From Phoronis australis (Eukaryota > Animalia > Phoronida), in assembly GCA_002633005.1 (NCBI GenBank), contig NMRA01000362.1, forward strand, positions 186,001 to 250,000: a DNA stretch of 64,000 bases, read 5' to 3'. The translations under genes and the position numbers were made by a program. This document shows, in pieces, positions 24,701 to 39,154 of this stretch; positions within the stretch are counted from its first letter, which is position 1; every line of letters begins with the position of its first letter. The notes under the pieces are model-generated. The model had not been told where the DNA came from. It searched no databases and saw only the letters and a program-made list of their open reading frames with translations.

Positions 24701-27700
24701 TTTAAGTGTTTGTAAGTGGTCCATTTGTAGACCCCATTGACATGTTTTAGACCAGCGTTTCATACAAACTGCGGGTGTCTTTGACTTGCAACTTCGTATT
24801 AGTAAAATGAGAATTCGTCTGCACCTTGAAAAGAGATTAATATTGATTTCCTTCAAACAGTCTTTGATTTCTTAACCTAATGATGATGTTTAGTGCCAGG
24901 TCATAAGGCCAGTTCTTAGTTTCGCTTCAGTGAAAATTCTTAAGCCCTGTTTACGACGTGGCTATCAACTTGTCATTTATGACTGATTGGAATATGTTGA
25001 CAGGTCTTCCAATGCTCCTTTAAAGAAAACAGTTCAAAACAATATGGCGATTGAATTAAAGCATGCTTTGCTCCAATTTTCAATCAACTTAGGAGAAACA
25101 TTGTATGACCTGCACACTGTCGTATGTGAAGTGAACACTAAGCCGTATTCAAGGTCTTTCATCTCTAGCAAGAAATATGTTGTTGTTCAGTGTGTTTGAA
25201 CCCCCTTAACTGAAATGTTTTTTCTGATGCTGTATAGTACATTCAGATAATTTTTACAATGACTTACTAGTTAATAGTGTTTTATATCTTTTAACACAGC
25301 CAATAATTTCTAGTCAGATTTCTGTTGGGAAGAATGTAACCCTGGACGGCATTTCGGTGGCCGTGGGTCATTAAAGCCTAACTTCATTGGAATTTTGTTA
25401 GTTTACATGTATTGGGCTAAACAGATAGTCTTAGCAAAGCCTTAGTAAAATAAGAAAATGCGAGTTCATTCACGCAAATGTAAGCCTGTCAATTGAAGGG
25501 TGAAACTGCCTTTTCGTGCCATGTTGCCTCACTGCAAGATCCCAGCACAAATAACAAAAGGCCGATAACAGCTGTATTGAATAGGGGTCTGAATAGAACA
25601 TCATTGCGTGCAGGTGTTATTCGCAGCTGTTTGAATATTAAAAGGTGATTCTCGGGGTGACATAGACAAAAGCAAGCAAATACGCATTACAGTTCGTTAG
25701 ATTTGGCAATTTATGGCATTCGTGGGCTCAAAGGGATGCTCTAAAAACACTGTAGGAACCAAGTTTCCAGATGTTACCGTTCAGAAATGGCTTTAACGTG
25801 GACTTGCGCTGAAATATGGAACGGAAACAATCCCAGAATTCAAGATTACCATCTCACCAACAAGTCACATATTTCTAGAACAGGCGAGTAAGCTGCCAAG
25901 CATATTCATGAACAATGTGTTTTCACATGCTTAATTTTGTGGGGTCTTGAGAGATCTTACTTTTCTCGCATGAGTCTTGATCCACAGAATGCTCTCCTGG
26001 TATGGTGGCCTCTCATGGAAAAGCTAGAAAATGATAAGAAATAAATCACAGGCATTGAAAACTTGTGAAATGAAAAGAAGCTAAGAGCTTTTGGAAAACC
26101 CAAAGAGTACAGAATAAAATCTTCATTTTGCAGGTCACATCATGAGGTCATGCATTCAGTTTTGGATGGCAGCAATCTTTGGCATAGATTTCTATGCTGT
26201 CTTTTTTGTCGGAAAAATAACTCCAAGAAGATGACATTTATTTCCCAGAAAACTCACGGACAATAGGAACGCAGAATACTGAGGGCGTTGGTTGAGAACA
26301 AAAATTGATTTGATTCTGTTTGATAGCGTATTAAAAATATACTTTATTATTTCAAGGCGTAAAACTGGTGCCTTCAGACCTTCCAACACCGATGTGCATT
26401 CACCGGCCAAAGGGTACCGATTGAGAGACACTGATGACCGGCTAAGTCGGACAAAGTGTTCATCTAAACACACGGAGAAAGATAACCACTTCACTGGACC
26501 AAACCACGGTGGGTGTCGGTAAAGATGCTTCCAGTTCTGAATCATTTAAAAGTAAACTGAACCGTGTTTTTAATCTGTCGAAAGGTATTAGCTGCGACTT
26601 TGAATTAATCGGGTCATCCTGGATTACACAATGACACTCGGATGCGGCAATTTGTCGAGTACTTATGTAGCCATTTATTTTCATGCCATTGTAGCCATTC
26701 ATTTTCATGCCATTGAAGGCCACAATGATCTTTGTTGTTGTTGCATTACTTACATGCTTTCTCGGCTTTATTATTCTATTCGTCGTTCCAATGCCAACAA
26801 AGTATTATGCTGTACTGTGGGCTACAACTCCGGCGAGATCAAGTTTGTTCAAACTTGACAACTATCTGTGAATGCAGGATTTAAGTGTTTGCCTTCCTGA
26901 CATCAAGAAAGAAAATCCGGAGCATGTGTATGAAGCAAGTTTGCCTGGTTTATTTTGAACCTTGCGGAATCACCTTTCTCCCTGTGTCATCTGGGGCGGC
27001 AATAGTAATGCACTTTTAAAATAACTCTCGTCAACTCTTAAAAAGTTTGAAAGCTACGCAATAGGAAACATTCTATATTTAAGTCTTGAGTGTTATTAAA
27101 GCTATTCAAGCACAAAAACATCTTGCTTTACCCGATTGGTGTGAACGGTGGGACAAGTTGACAGTGATGAAACACAATTTCTTTTATTCACATTTGTTCT
27201 TGAGTTGAAAGTCCCAGCACATTCCAAGTGGCAATGAGGTAGCGTCAGGGTAGCAAGTTATTTATGAAAATGCTGGAAAATATTCAACGGCTCTGCGTCA
27301 AACCCATACTAGAATTGAGAACGCTGTCCAACAACTACCCTATCGCCATCTAGTGACATTGTGTAATTCACTATGTTGCTGAAAAATGGCTGCATGCACG
27401 ATGGATGTGGTAAATGACAGACCATATGGAATGACAGAATGAATTTCTGAGACAAAGGATGGATAATACTGCACATTGCCATCATCTCTCTGGCTCGTGT
27501 CTGCCATCCACAGCTGTATCTCCTGAACCCCGTCCAGGATCTTAGTGAAATTTGTTATCAGGAAAGATTTTTTTTGGATTTGCACTTCAAGTTTGTGTTT
27601 CGTCAGCATCCCCATTTGATTATGCATTTCTCGGAATTTTCATGCCTTCTCAAAATGCTTTGAACAACAAGATCCTGGTTGAATTTACAGTGGAAATGGT

Positions 27701-28434
27701 GAGTTTGCTTTATGAATGCTTTTGAGATGTATTTTTTAATGGTTTCAGACAACTGGGACCACAGATCCAATAACATCGAGAGACACGCCCATCTTTTGAC
27801 GTCACAGGAGCTGAAGCGCCGGGGGATCACTCGTTACGACGCCGAACTATTGCTTGCTCAAGGCTTTCGACTACCCGAACCTAAGCTAGTATTAGAGCCT
27901 GTGAATGTGAGTTTTCCACGAACTAAGCGAACAAGGTCAAACAGTGACTCCGAAAAACAAAATGGACGAGGGAACAAAGTAAGTGATGGTGGCTCGTGTA
28001 GTAAATCAGCGACATCGAACGGAGAGGCAATGTTGAATGGTCATGTGACTGTTCCGTGTAGCCGGGCAAGTGCAAATGGAGCGAGCGACGCTCACGAATC
28101 TCTGCAATTGGCAACTGGGAAAAAAATTCCGAAGCTGAAGATCCGGGTGAAACGAGCGGTTGTTATCGCGCCGGATGCAGAGCCCAACAGCCAGCCAGTC
28201 TCGCCGAGGCTGCATCGCATGCAGGAACCAGTGTATGAGATTTTAACTGATAACTTGAGCTCAGAGGAAGATGCCCTCTTGGAGTCACCTCACAGTCCCA
28301 AGAGGACGGGGCGACTCACTAAGTTCTGTAATGTTAAAAGTGAGGAGACTAGACCAAGAAGAGTGAAGTTAAAGTTTGATGGTAACTCGTTGGACATACA
28401 TATTCCTCCACTTAAGAGAAAGAAGGTCGTGTAA
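18773..28434 (+). CDS. Suv4-20: Histone H4K20 methyltransferase Suv4-20 (KMT5B/C family), ~525 aa
   Basis: Seven phase-compatible exons: 18773-18909, 19535-19700, 20319-20431, 22030-22216, 23763-23899, 26357-26508 and 27749-28434. Motifs: [81 protein letters not shown] and [14 protein letters not shown]. Confidence 0.96.
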
Positions 28435-31400
28435 TGTAGTTTGTTCTAGTTTTTCCTTACTGTGAACAGTATTCATGCTCCAATCACGTCAAAAACCTCC
28501 CTCATGTCTCCTATTCTAGTATGCACATGCTCTCTCTGTTTAAAATCACGGACCAGAAACTCAATCGTTGCCGAAATTTGCGTGCCACTTGACATTTCTC
28601 TTTTTTTTTGCTAAATCAAAGTTATTTCTTTAATCGCACCGTAGATTGAAATTTGTAATTAAATCCCTATGCAAGGTTCTGTTGTTTTTAAGGTAATATA
28701 GATCGAGTGGTTTGCTGTCAGTTTTTAAGGGAGCTGGTTGATTTTGTTTTGATTTTGGTGTTCTCTGTAGGTTTAACTTAATGGTAATTCAAAGTGGGTG
28801 TACTAAAGTGGCTGTAAGCCTCTTTTCTGTCAGAAAATAATGATTTAGGACCAGGGCTTCATCCAGGATTTCAACAATAGGGTGTCCAAAATGGGTTTCC
28901 CAATTTCTCACGGCGTCCATGATCACTAACCCATGATGGCATTTTTTACGATTCCAAGTTAAATCGCTGTTATAGTGTGGTATTTCACTGTGGAGATAGA
29001 TTCTGTAATAATAGGCTTTTTTGTATATTACATAATCGTATTTTTTTTATTCTGGATAGTCCAATGAACTCCCAGTGCTGCTGATACTAAGTTAAACAAT
29101 ACACTCCTGGAAAGAACTGACAACTCGTTATTGCTTGAGATCAATTCAGTGTGTCATCTTGTCTTGGCAGATTGTGTTATGCACGAGGTGTTGTCTCGAG
29201 CGCTAATTAGTTTTTGGATCTTCCCTAGCCAGAAATGACTTCTCATCAAGTAAGGAACGTATTGAGACCAGTTTTGTAGTGGAAAGTGGTCTAAATTTGG
29301 TGATCTTTCAGTGACAGCTGAAAGGAGGCTTACTGCAACTTTGATTGTTAAATCCAGTTACATGTTACAGTTGATTTGTGCAGCTGCATTTGTCGGTTGT
29401 CTGTTGCACACCTATAACGGGCCTTGTATCATGACCCACGGTCAGACTATGGCCAAACAGGAAATGAGGATTTTACTTCTCCATTTCCATAATTTAAGAA
29501 TAGTCAGTTTCTGCATTGATCGCACATTACATCGAGTCGCATGTTGTACTCGATTATTCTATAATGTCTCTTGTTATGTCTATTTGTTGCCTGCCGTCAA
29601 GTTATACATTTCCATTGTTGTTTTCCTTGTCAATTATTTCCGAGCTTTCACCATTCTACAGAGGAAGAACTTTTCTTTCATGGCATAATGTAGCTCCAGA
29701 TATGAACTTGTGGAAGTAGTTAGATGTCCAAGTGATGCTTGGAGGTTTCCTGTCCATCTGTTCTATTCTTATGGATTGTCAGTTTTTAATGATAACAGTT
29801 GTGAAAAAAGTTACTTCAAACATTATTGTCACACATTAGGCTATGTTGTTGACCAATGTGGTTTCTTTTGTACCGCTAGCTAGCTGCGTGGGAACCATAG
29901 GCGTCTATGGTAGGAACGTTAAAACAAAAGAGCTTAGCCTCATCCTTGTAAAATACCGTGTTGGTATTATACGACCCCAGTCCATCGGTTTACATTAGCC
30001 AGACAACTGTGTGTGTGTGTGACTTAACCTTAAAGCAATAGATCTTTACTTCAGTACCAGGTATACAACTACAGTACATGTACTTGCGTCGTTTTACCTG
30101 TGCTTCTGACCAATGACCTAAATTTAGTTCATTGATTTGACCTAACGTAACTCATTTGGACATTTGTTGCTCTGTGATTTGTGACGGTTTGATCTCAAAG
30201 TAAAATTTCCAATCATGACTTGCTGTGTTTTGTTATTTTGCTCCGCATCGCGTATTGGTTGGACAGTGTCGCTTACAGTTTCACTGCAGAACACAGCGTG
30301 GCGGAGGAGTGGAATATCCCTTTGTCAAATCTGTCTTGGAAAAGAACTTTTATGTTGGAATTAGTTTTTATGCACGCCATATCTTGGTTGCCGAAGACTA
30401 ATAATTCTTCGTTAAAGTTAATATGCGATGTCAATGCGCTAACTTATATCAACTTAATGAACGTAACTTGAAATGTATCGTTTGCGATTTGTACAGTACA
30501 TGTATTCTCCATTCAGATACCCGGCGCAGAACGCATTTTTAATATAAGCTCCGTGTGTTAGAGCGATATTAACTCGGCAAACATCAATTCCTAAAAAATC
30601 AGACGAATTCGTCGCTGATGTCCGACTCTGTTGCGACAAAAATCTGCGTGACGAATGTGCCGGTAATCTATTGTCGAAAAAATCATTAGGGGTGCTACAC
30701 CGTCTACGAATTTAGCTTCGCTTGTTGGATGGAGAACACTTCGATAACTGTTCATTCAGCTCTTATATAGTTATATAAGTAAGGAAAGCTTACTTGTTAA
30801 TTAATAAGCTGCGATATTTGAACCTTGTCATCAGAACCAACTATTGTTTGGCGACATTCAATTCACCGTATTGTTCGGTGATGAACAAGTTACATTGTTC
30901 GAATGCACTGATCAATTTTGAATGTTTGGCATCGTTTGGAGAGAAGTCAGAAATCGATCACTTCGATAAAGCGTTATTGAAGAGAGCGTTGGCCGACTGA
31001 TGAGCTGTTCGCAGAACGTGTATAGGGAGATCTATTGAAAATTGAATAAGTTCAAAATATAGCAACAAACTTTGCAGGGAATCTTTTGGAATCATTTTGG
31101 TTCGCAACGATGTTTCGGCAATCTTATGCTGTAATTCATTAAGTTAAAAACTGCACTTTGCCATTTTTAGGTAAATGAAATGAAAATCAAATTACATTCA
31201 TATAATCGGTCTCGTAATGTTGTTATTTCCTTTACAAACAAAAGCGCCATCCGAGTGTCTCGGAAAAACGCATCAGAGTTTGTTGGGGTTGGCCAACCCT
31301 AAAATTGAAAAATCGAAAATAGTGCACGAATGCTAATGGAAATAGATTCTTATCACGGTAGTGAGTATTGCTTGTTTCATGAGATTCCATTTTAGCTAAC

Positions 31401-33988
31401 TTGATACAGACCATTGAAGCGGTTATTTAGCTACACAACGTGTGATAAGTCGCAAGTTGAGATTTACATAGAAAGATAGAAAACGAATCCGGTTAACCAG
31501 GTGGTCAGTGAGGGGGTCGATAACCACAACTGGGAGTCGATAGAGTCCTCTAGGGGTTCACTGAAAGTCTGGGGGTCAATTAGTAGTCAACATGGATCTG
31601 GGATTTAGCAATTACTTAGAGCATACATGTATGCATATTGTGCATTCGATGATGGTTAGGAAAGTTTACCAGGGCCTGGAACAACGGCCAAAAAATTTAC
31701 TGACCACTGACGCCTTGCTTCAGCAAGTGCAAATTAGTGCTGCAATCCAGTATCGGTAAGTTTGAGGCCAGGTCGTTCCCTGAATCTTGTTAATAGTTGA
31801 AATCAATTTGTCTCCGTAAAAAATGATAAGGCTTATTAGCTTATTGAAAGCTGCATTCGCCCTGTTCAGCTGATTAAAAACAAAAATCGAATGGAGCGTT
31901 TTACACTCATAAAATCGATCTCATAATATTTCCTTACGTGAAAAGATTCTACAGATTGCACATAAGAACATTGAAAACACCAACGACTCATAATGCTTCG
32001 GAGTTTATTGGGGTTGGCCACCCCTAAAATTTATTGAAGTTTGAAATGAGGGGTGTATGAATTTCCTGTGGACTTAGGTGTCGGCTCATTTGGCAAATGA
32101 CTATTCAAGATCTGATCAGCGCGGTTTTTGAAAACCGAAACGTTTCGGCAACTGAATAGCAGCTAAACGCAGCTTTAAGAGTTTCGACTGTAAGCTTATA
32201 ATTACATGAAGTCCCTGTCTTTTTTTTCGTGGTCTGTTACACTGCAGTTCGTCCGATTTAGTTTCTGTGGTCTTAGATATCCATTTCCATACGAGTTCCA
32301 ATTTCCACGCACAAAAACCTCCGTCTTTAAAACGTCGATTTTTATGTGAGTTCAATAGGAAAGATCAGTTAGACCAGACGATTATGGGACCAAGCCAGTT
32401 CGTAAAATTTCGTCAAGTCATGATCAAATGGCAAAGCTGACATGTCTGTGGGCGAAGTGAAAATACAGCTTCGTTGGTGTAAATTTCACATGTCCCCCCC
32501 TATGAAATCAGCCGTTCAATCTCTGGAGAAAATGACCACTATTTTGGAACAGCCAACACGTCAAAGCGATGGATCCAAATATACAATCGATATCTACCAG
32601 TTAACAGACAACGGCTGCGCTGCTGCAAAGTGATTGAGGGTATGTATTTTTGAATTTTTGAACTTCAGCAATGTTGATAACTGCGTGCGGAAATGTTAAA
32701 GTTCTTTTCCGGCCATGAAGTGAACTCGATGTGAGACTATCTTCAGTCATGCACTTGACAGCAAACACCAAAGTTTGCTGTGCCAGTCTCTTTTAAGTAA
32801 CGGTAACATTAGATCCCCAACGGCTTTTAAAACACGTTTTTGAAAGAACTAAAGGCACAGTTTATCAGACGAAGACTACAGGTGTCCCTACCATGGTCGC
32901 AAATAATTCTTTATTACCAAGGATTTTGGGAGCAGCCTTGTGTGATATTTTTGCAGCTGGTTTTCCGCTGTTTGCTTGTAACCCAAAGTTGCTACACGAA
33001 CGTACATGAACACGCACGAGAAAAGTTGATCGGAAGAAAGTGGCTCGCATTCAATGCACCGACATATATATAAGAGGTGTGCGTTGGTGACATTGCTGGA
33101 CATGAGTTTAACCCATGCACTCCACTACCAATATACTTCGTTTAGGGTTGATTGGAGATTACAAATGCTTCCATATTAGCAAAACCTAATTTTTGCACTT
33201 AATGTTAAAATAAGCTGCGATTGGATCAAGAAAATAAAGACAATTTGAGAGGTCCATGCTTCAAAACAGGGCTATTAGGTGCTAAAATCGAGTTTCTCTA
33301 GAGCCAGGTTTGAAATTTACTCACAAAATGAATCGCTTAATCCCATTTCAACACTATACATGTACATGTATATGTACAACTACTGCGTTTGTTATGAATT
33401 AAGAACATACAAACAATTAAATTCTAGCTTAGTATTGAGATATTCATTTGTTAAATAATTAAAAGGCATATAATTAAAGCGGCTATGAGATACTTTCTGC
33501 GGCCTGGATATCTTCTTCGAACCTGGACTCATAGGCGTGGCAAGCAAAATTGGTCAATTTCCTAGACGAGTTTGTAACACAACGACTAGTGACCCTGACC
33601 TTGGTTTTAAAAACGTCAATTGTGGTTACTGACAGGTGCATTTGCCCTTCCAAAGGCATAGAATAGCTACAATAAATCGACATGCAATCCGTTGACAATT
33701 ACACCAACTTTTGGCGACAGACAGCGATCGACCTCTTCTTGCTAAACTGATTAGTTTTATTGAGAATATTGAGGAGGAGCATTTCAGAAAACATAAAATC
33801 ATCTATACATCAATTTAATTCGTTATCTGGAATCACATACTCTGTATCTTTTGTAAGACCTGTGCGACAAGCAAATTTGTGGGCGTGGTCTGAGGCAAAT
33901 AACGACCCGTCAGCTCTTCTCAACGCTGGGAATCGTTTTATAAACTGTCTTCAATCAAAAGTTGTGTAGGAAAGAAAGCCCTGGCGTG

Positions 33989-34129
33989 CGTTCAGTAGAC
34001 GCTAGGACCTACGCTAGGACCTAGCTAAAACCTAGTCAAAGTCACGTGTTCCTATTTAAAATACACGGCAATATCTCACGTAATCTCGCGAAGTCTTCCT
34101 TTTTAGCGAGGTCCTAGCGTTACTGAACG
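33989..34129. mobile_element. MITE-like element with ~21-bp terminal inverted repeats
   Basis: CGTTCAGTAGACGCTAGGACCT pairs with AGGTCCTAGCGTTACTGAACG. A related terminus, GCGTTCAGTAACGCTAAGAC, recurs at 56121. Confidence 0.65.
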
Positions 34130-35097
34130 GGAGGCTGGTTTATACATGTACCACTTGAACCATTGACGCTCGCCAACCTGCATACCATGTCATGGATGTA
34201 GCTGTGGTAGTTTCGGCTGGGATAAGAATCGATACTGCTGAAAATCAATATTTCTGTGAGAGGTCCATTTTACCAGTCAGAGGGTGTGCAAAGTTACGCT
34301 GTTAACGAATTGGCATTTGCGTGCGTGTAACTGCAGGTTATCTCCACTTGAAGATTAGTCCAGTGTTTCTAGGCGCTTGGAATCCCTGATCGAAATCTAT
34401 TATTCATTAAAGAAAACAGCCACAGGTTTGTATCCTTAGCCGCTGACGGATCTAAAGCTTAGCCGCAAGGTAAAGAAAATACCTTTCCCGTGGCACAGCC
34501 CACATAATGCGCAAGAATTGCTACCGGAGATTTTTAATGAGAGTAGATACGGAGTAGTATAATGCGCAGCTGAAAAACCACCAAAATTTCAGAAATATCA
34601 GTGATAAGTTTGAAACAGTCTTGCGGGCGGTCTTTTGGATCCGCTGTATAATTAGCCCTTCCGGGAATAGTTGATTAGTGCACTGAGCGTGATGATTTTA
34701 CTTTTATTGCCGGTGTATTGCCAAATGACAACAGCAAAACACGGATAGCATGAAAAAGTATACACATTGTATATCATAGTATACGTAACTATTTTCAGGA
34801 CTTTGGAAACAAGCGAAGCACTGTTTCAAATATACTGTTTCCTTTTTAAAAAACAATTTAGTACACTGAAAATGTTTCACTAATCTAAATACATCACTAA
34901 CATACATTTGGTAAATTTCACTTCCGCATGTACCATGCACGCGTCCAGCCTAAAAAATGTCGGCTCGAATTTTTGAGAATGTCGACCTTTTACTAAGATT
35001 CACGTGGTTCGTTCAGAGGTATGAATTGTGCATTCGCCGAACTTTGGTAGTTCCTGTCTTTTTAGTGGACTTTTGTCTCTTTTTCTACTTTTTTTCG

Positions 35098-35145
35098 GAG
35101 TTTTTGTTTCTCTGAGACGGACGTTTGTGCCCACTTCGCCAAATG
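35098..35145. repeat. Dispersed repeat fragment (second copy at ~42445-42490)
   Basis: TTTTTGTTTCTCTGAGACGGACGTTTGTGCCCACTTCGCCAAAT compared with TTTTTGTTTCTCTGAGGCGGACTTTTTTGTCTACCTCGCCAAAT. Confidence 0.7.
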
Positions 35146-38100
35146 GGGGGCTCGTTGGAGACCCCCAAGCCTCCCTAGTAGGTGCGCGCATATGTACGTG
35201 TGCTTTTACATAAAAAGAGGAAGTTCATTGCCGTTCAACTGCGGCGACTATTTTTTGGAGCGCCATGAAAATATCGTCTGTTCAAATGAAATAAATGAGC
35301 ATCGTCTGAGAATAAGTTGAAACTAGGTTGGTTCTGGGTCAAACTCTCTTTTATAAGTTTTTGACTGAAAAGCAACGGAAAGAGTTCCTGTTAAGGTGTT
35401 CTATTGATAGCAAAATAAAAATACGCGGTAGTCAGATTTAAAGGATATTTTGAGAGTCTTCATTTGCCTGCTGTTTTGCGAGTTGGGTCCCTCGGTTTAC
35501 TTCAAAGTCTTTCAAAATGATACATGCGCACTTCATGTAATTAACAGCACAGATATAAAACGGTACAAAACCAGTTCCAGGCCAGTGCTGGCAACCAGTC
35601 ACAAAGTATGCATTGGCTTACTTGCACTGGGATGGTACAGGATAAGCCGGTACCCCGTACAAGTGGTACAAATGGTACAACAGTACCGGTCCTGTACAAG
35701 CATGTTTATTGAGAATAGATCACGTTTTGCACTTGGCCGTGACATCGAAACTCTTGCTATGGCTTAGAGTGTCAAAACGTGGTTCACCTTTGCTTAAAAG
35801 TAGGTCCACGAAACTCTGGTGTTTACGAAGTAAATCCTTGTCATTCCAACACTGTGTGCGGGCTTTGAATATTGACGCAATTATGAGCAAACAGAAAATA
35901 ACGTAGACCATTACACAAATTAATGTAAAACACAAAAAAAACATTACAAATCGTCATGGTAATCAAAACATTTAATTTCTTTCTTTACTTCTCGGTTAGA
36001 AATTTCACGTAAGTCTTTTTTCACCAAATTCTGGGTCAGATTCGACTGATATGTTAATTTAGGGAGTAGAACTCTTTCAAAGGTATTATAAAAAGAAGAG
36101 TCGCTTTCAAAATGGTAGCCCCAATGTTCATGGGCGTGAAAGAACTTTTACCACGGCTCGCAGCCTTACCAAACAGTGCAAAATTTCTTACCACCAACAA
36201 AAGCTATATGAGGTGTTAAAACACTTGAGCTCCAACCTCAGACATTTTTACCACAGACATTTTTGGTGTTGGTAACTAGTACAGTCCGCGACCCAGTCTG
36301 TATGTGGCGTTTTTGCTCACATGCACTAAAATTTGTCTGCAGTAATAACCGTGCTGTACTGTAGCTGAAGTTCAGGTTGTATAGTGAAGGTTTTTGTGTG
36401 TGGTTAGAGTTTTCGCGGCGTCGAAGGGTGCGCGGCTGTGGTAAGAGTTGGTTTCGCACTTGACGCTGCGATCTCTCAGAGGCGAGTTACCGATAGACAT
36501 GCATGAGGTACTTCTGTTTTCAACAGGCAGGAGCTCTGATTTAGATTCCCTTAATGCTCCAAGAATCTCGCCCTAAGTCGCAATGTGACCATTCGTGTCA
36601 AAAAGTCTGTGGACTTACAATGGCTTCCAGAATTCCAGATGAATATTAAAATATTCTTTTCTTCGAATGACTGGGTGCCTGCTTAGAAACTTCAAAATCT
36701 AGTGAACAGAATGTATGTACAAACCCTGTTAGTAAAATTTTGATAGCATGTAGTGTATTAATTATCTTAACGTCGTTTCTCTTTAGGAAGAAAGGGTAGA
36801 ATATGACTTCGGTTCCCGTTCTGTAAGTGTCTAAAAATCAATTTGGAATTCATGTGAAACAACTCATCATTCACTTGCTTATGATATAACTTTTTATTTA
36901 AGACCATATTATTTGTGTATGTTATGAAGTGAGGCAATTCATTGCCATTATAAAAGTTGCATGATCTGAGCTAGGCAATTCCACAGAGACAGGTGCTCGT
37001 GTACAATATTAATGATTCGGGCATACCATTGATTCAACTGAACGAAGTTATCTTCGATGATTCCGATAGGTTAGGGGGTTTGGAAATCTCTTTAGGGTGA
37101 CCATGTTTGACCATGATGTTTCACGGCTGCAGCAACTTTAGACTGAATTTCAACGATAACGGACGGTACCGCACTGTAAATTAAAGATGCTACGTCTCAT
37201 GAAATTGTGAATATGCAAATGAAGTACTAGGTTACAGGCAACCCCGGGTCTTCTGGTGAGCCGAAAACCATCCGAGAACAATTTACCATTACAATATCAC
37301 AAAAGTCTTGTTTTGCGAGACTATTTTTATGTAAATGAGTATGGTAATATGTCATCGTTACCCTAATAATACAAGGCACAGTTTTTATTATTTGTCCATT
37401 TCACTATCAAATAACGATTGCATAATATTTGGAATTAATAGGGATTTCTTTGTGTTCACACTTGTTCTAGTGTTTTCTTCAAAACCGCATTTTATTTACA
37501 AATTCTTTCTTTTCCTGATTATACTTGTACAAACAGTTCTCCATCCAGGAAGTCACAAGGTGGCATTTCCTATAAATTTGAATACGACTTACGGAGACAG
37601 CATCTTTAAGCTACATGCAATCAAACCAACCAATGGCATCGCGGGAACAGGTTAACGCAGCGATAATCCGACCTCGCGTTCCTTCAAATTTAAATAGTGA
37701 ACGAAAGCAGATCGACGATATACACTTAACAAAAAGAAGTACCTGTCGCTCATCAGGTGATGACGTAACCTTTGCAATTAAGTGAATGTACGCCAGGATA
37801 AAGCACTGATAGGCTGTTATCAAGCATCTATGGATAAACAGGCAAGAATTAAGTAGTGAAAGATATTCACCTTAACAACCTTTCACCAATATGTTTAGGT
37901 TTAATTTTCTTAATAGTGTCTAATTTGAATTACCCTGGAGGTATGAATTTGGAAGGCAGCGCGACTTACGGAAACGTCAAGCAAGACACTTAACACTACT
38001 GTAGATCACTTCTGTACACTAAAACTAAATTTCAAGTGAAGTCAAATTGCGTGTAAGCACTTTCCCCCTTTATGACGTCAGAAATGGCAGGAGTGGAGCA

Positions 38101-39154
38101 CTTTAATCTTGCTATCCTATATAACAGTTAATTGCGAACAACTATAGGGAAACCAAGTGTCTGTCTGAACCAATGAGCCTCACGTTCGTAAACCAAAGAA
38201 TGGAACTGGTGTGATCGCGTGGTTCGCTCGGCGATATCTCCAGAAGACTTCAGTGATCTTGCTGTTTTGCAAGACACTTGCTCCACGAAACGCAGCCAAG
38301 ATTGATCGGTTTATGACCGACACAGTGCATGCCGAGGTCCACGCTCGGAAATCTGGGCGTCGTGGAGCAAATGGTCCAGGGTTCTTTGTTTGTATGGTTG
38401 TGCACGATAGTTTAGACCATTGCCTGCTATTGACAAGAATGAAAGATAATCTTCTCAGTTAATATATCTCTGGCGAATTCATCATCATTGTCACTACTCC
38501 ATCAGTCGAGACATTTTAACTAAAGACATGATGAACATTTAATGACATTTGGAAAATGTGCCCGAGAAAATATGTCGAACTAGATCCACTGTTGCATGTA
38601 AGGAACGAACCTCATGCAGACAACGTGTCTCTTAATTGGTGCTCCGGTGTTCATTAGGTTAATACTCTCGCGAGGGAATCAAGTGTTAACTTTACTACAA
38701 TTGAAAAATCGATGTTAACGGACTTCAACATTATAAAATATTTTAAAAGCTTTGGTCAGTGATGGGTTCAATCAGCCGACAACGACTAAGCGTACTGGTT
38801 CGGTTCTCTTGCTATTAGATACCACAAGTGCGTTCGCAACACGTGTCAAGTTTAAAATTTCAGTAACCGTAAGTTGAAATGTGGTGCGCTCCGTAACGCA
38901 CGAGATTTGTCAGACACTTCGATTATGGAACGGAAACCTTGAATTTTCTCCAGTAATTGAACACCCCAGCCTGATCGACAACTCACCGTGCATACTCACG
39001 AAACACACGCCTTTCGCTAGCGCGACTTGAATTTTCTCGTGCGCAAAGTGCTTTACGGAACGCACCCTCACTTGTTTCAAAAATATTCGTTCTTAATTCT
39101 AACGCTTTCTCTATTTTCTAGTCATCAACGATGCATTCAACTTTATAAGTATCG

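Noticed and set aside
28435-39100. Many 60-130 aa ORFs between Suv4-20 and PAQR
   Set aside because: No recognisable motifs or consistent splice-phase chain; consistent with UTR, intergenic and repeat sequence.
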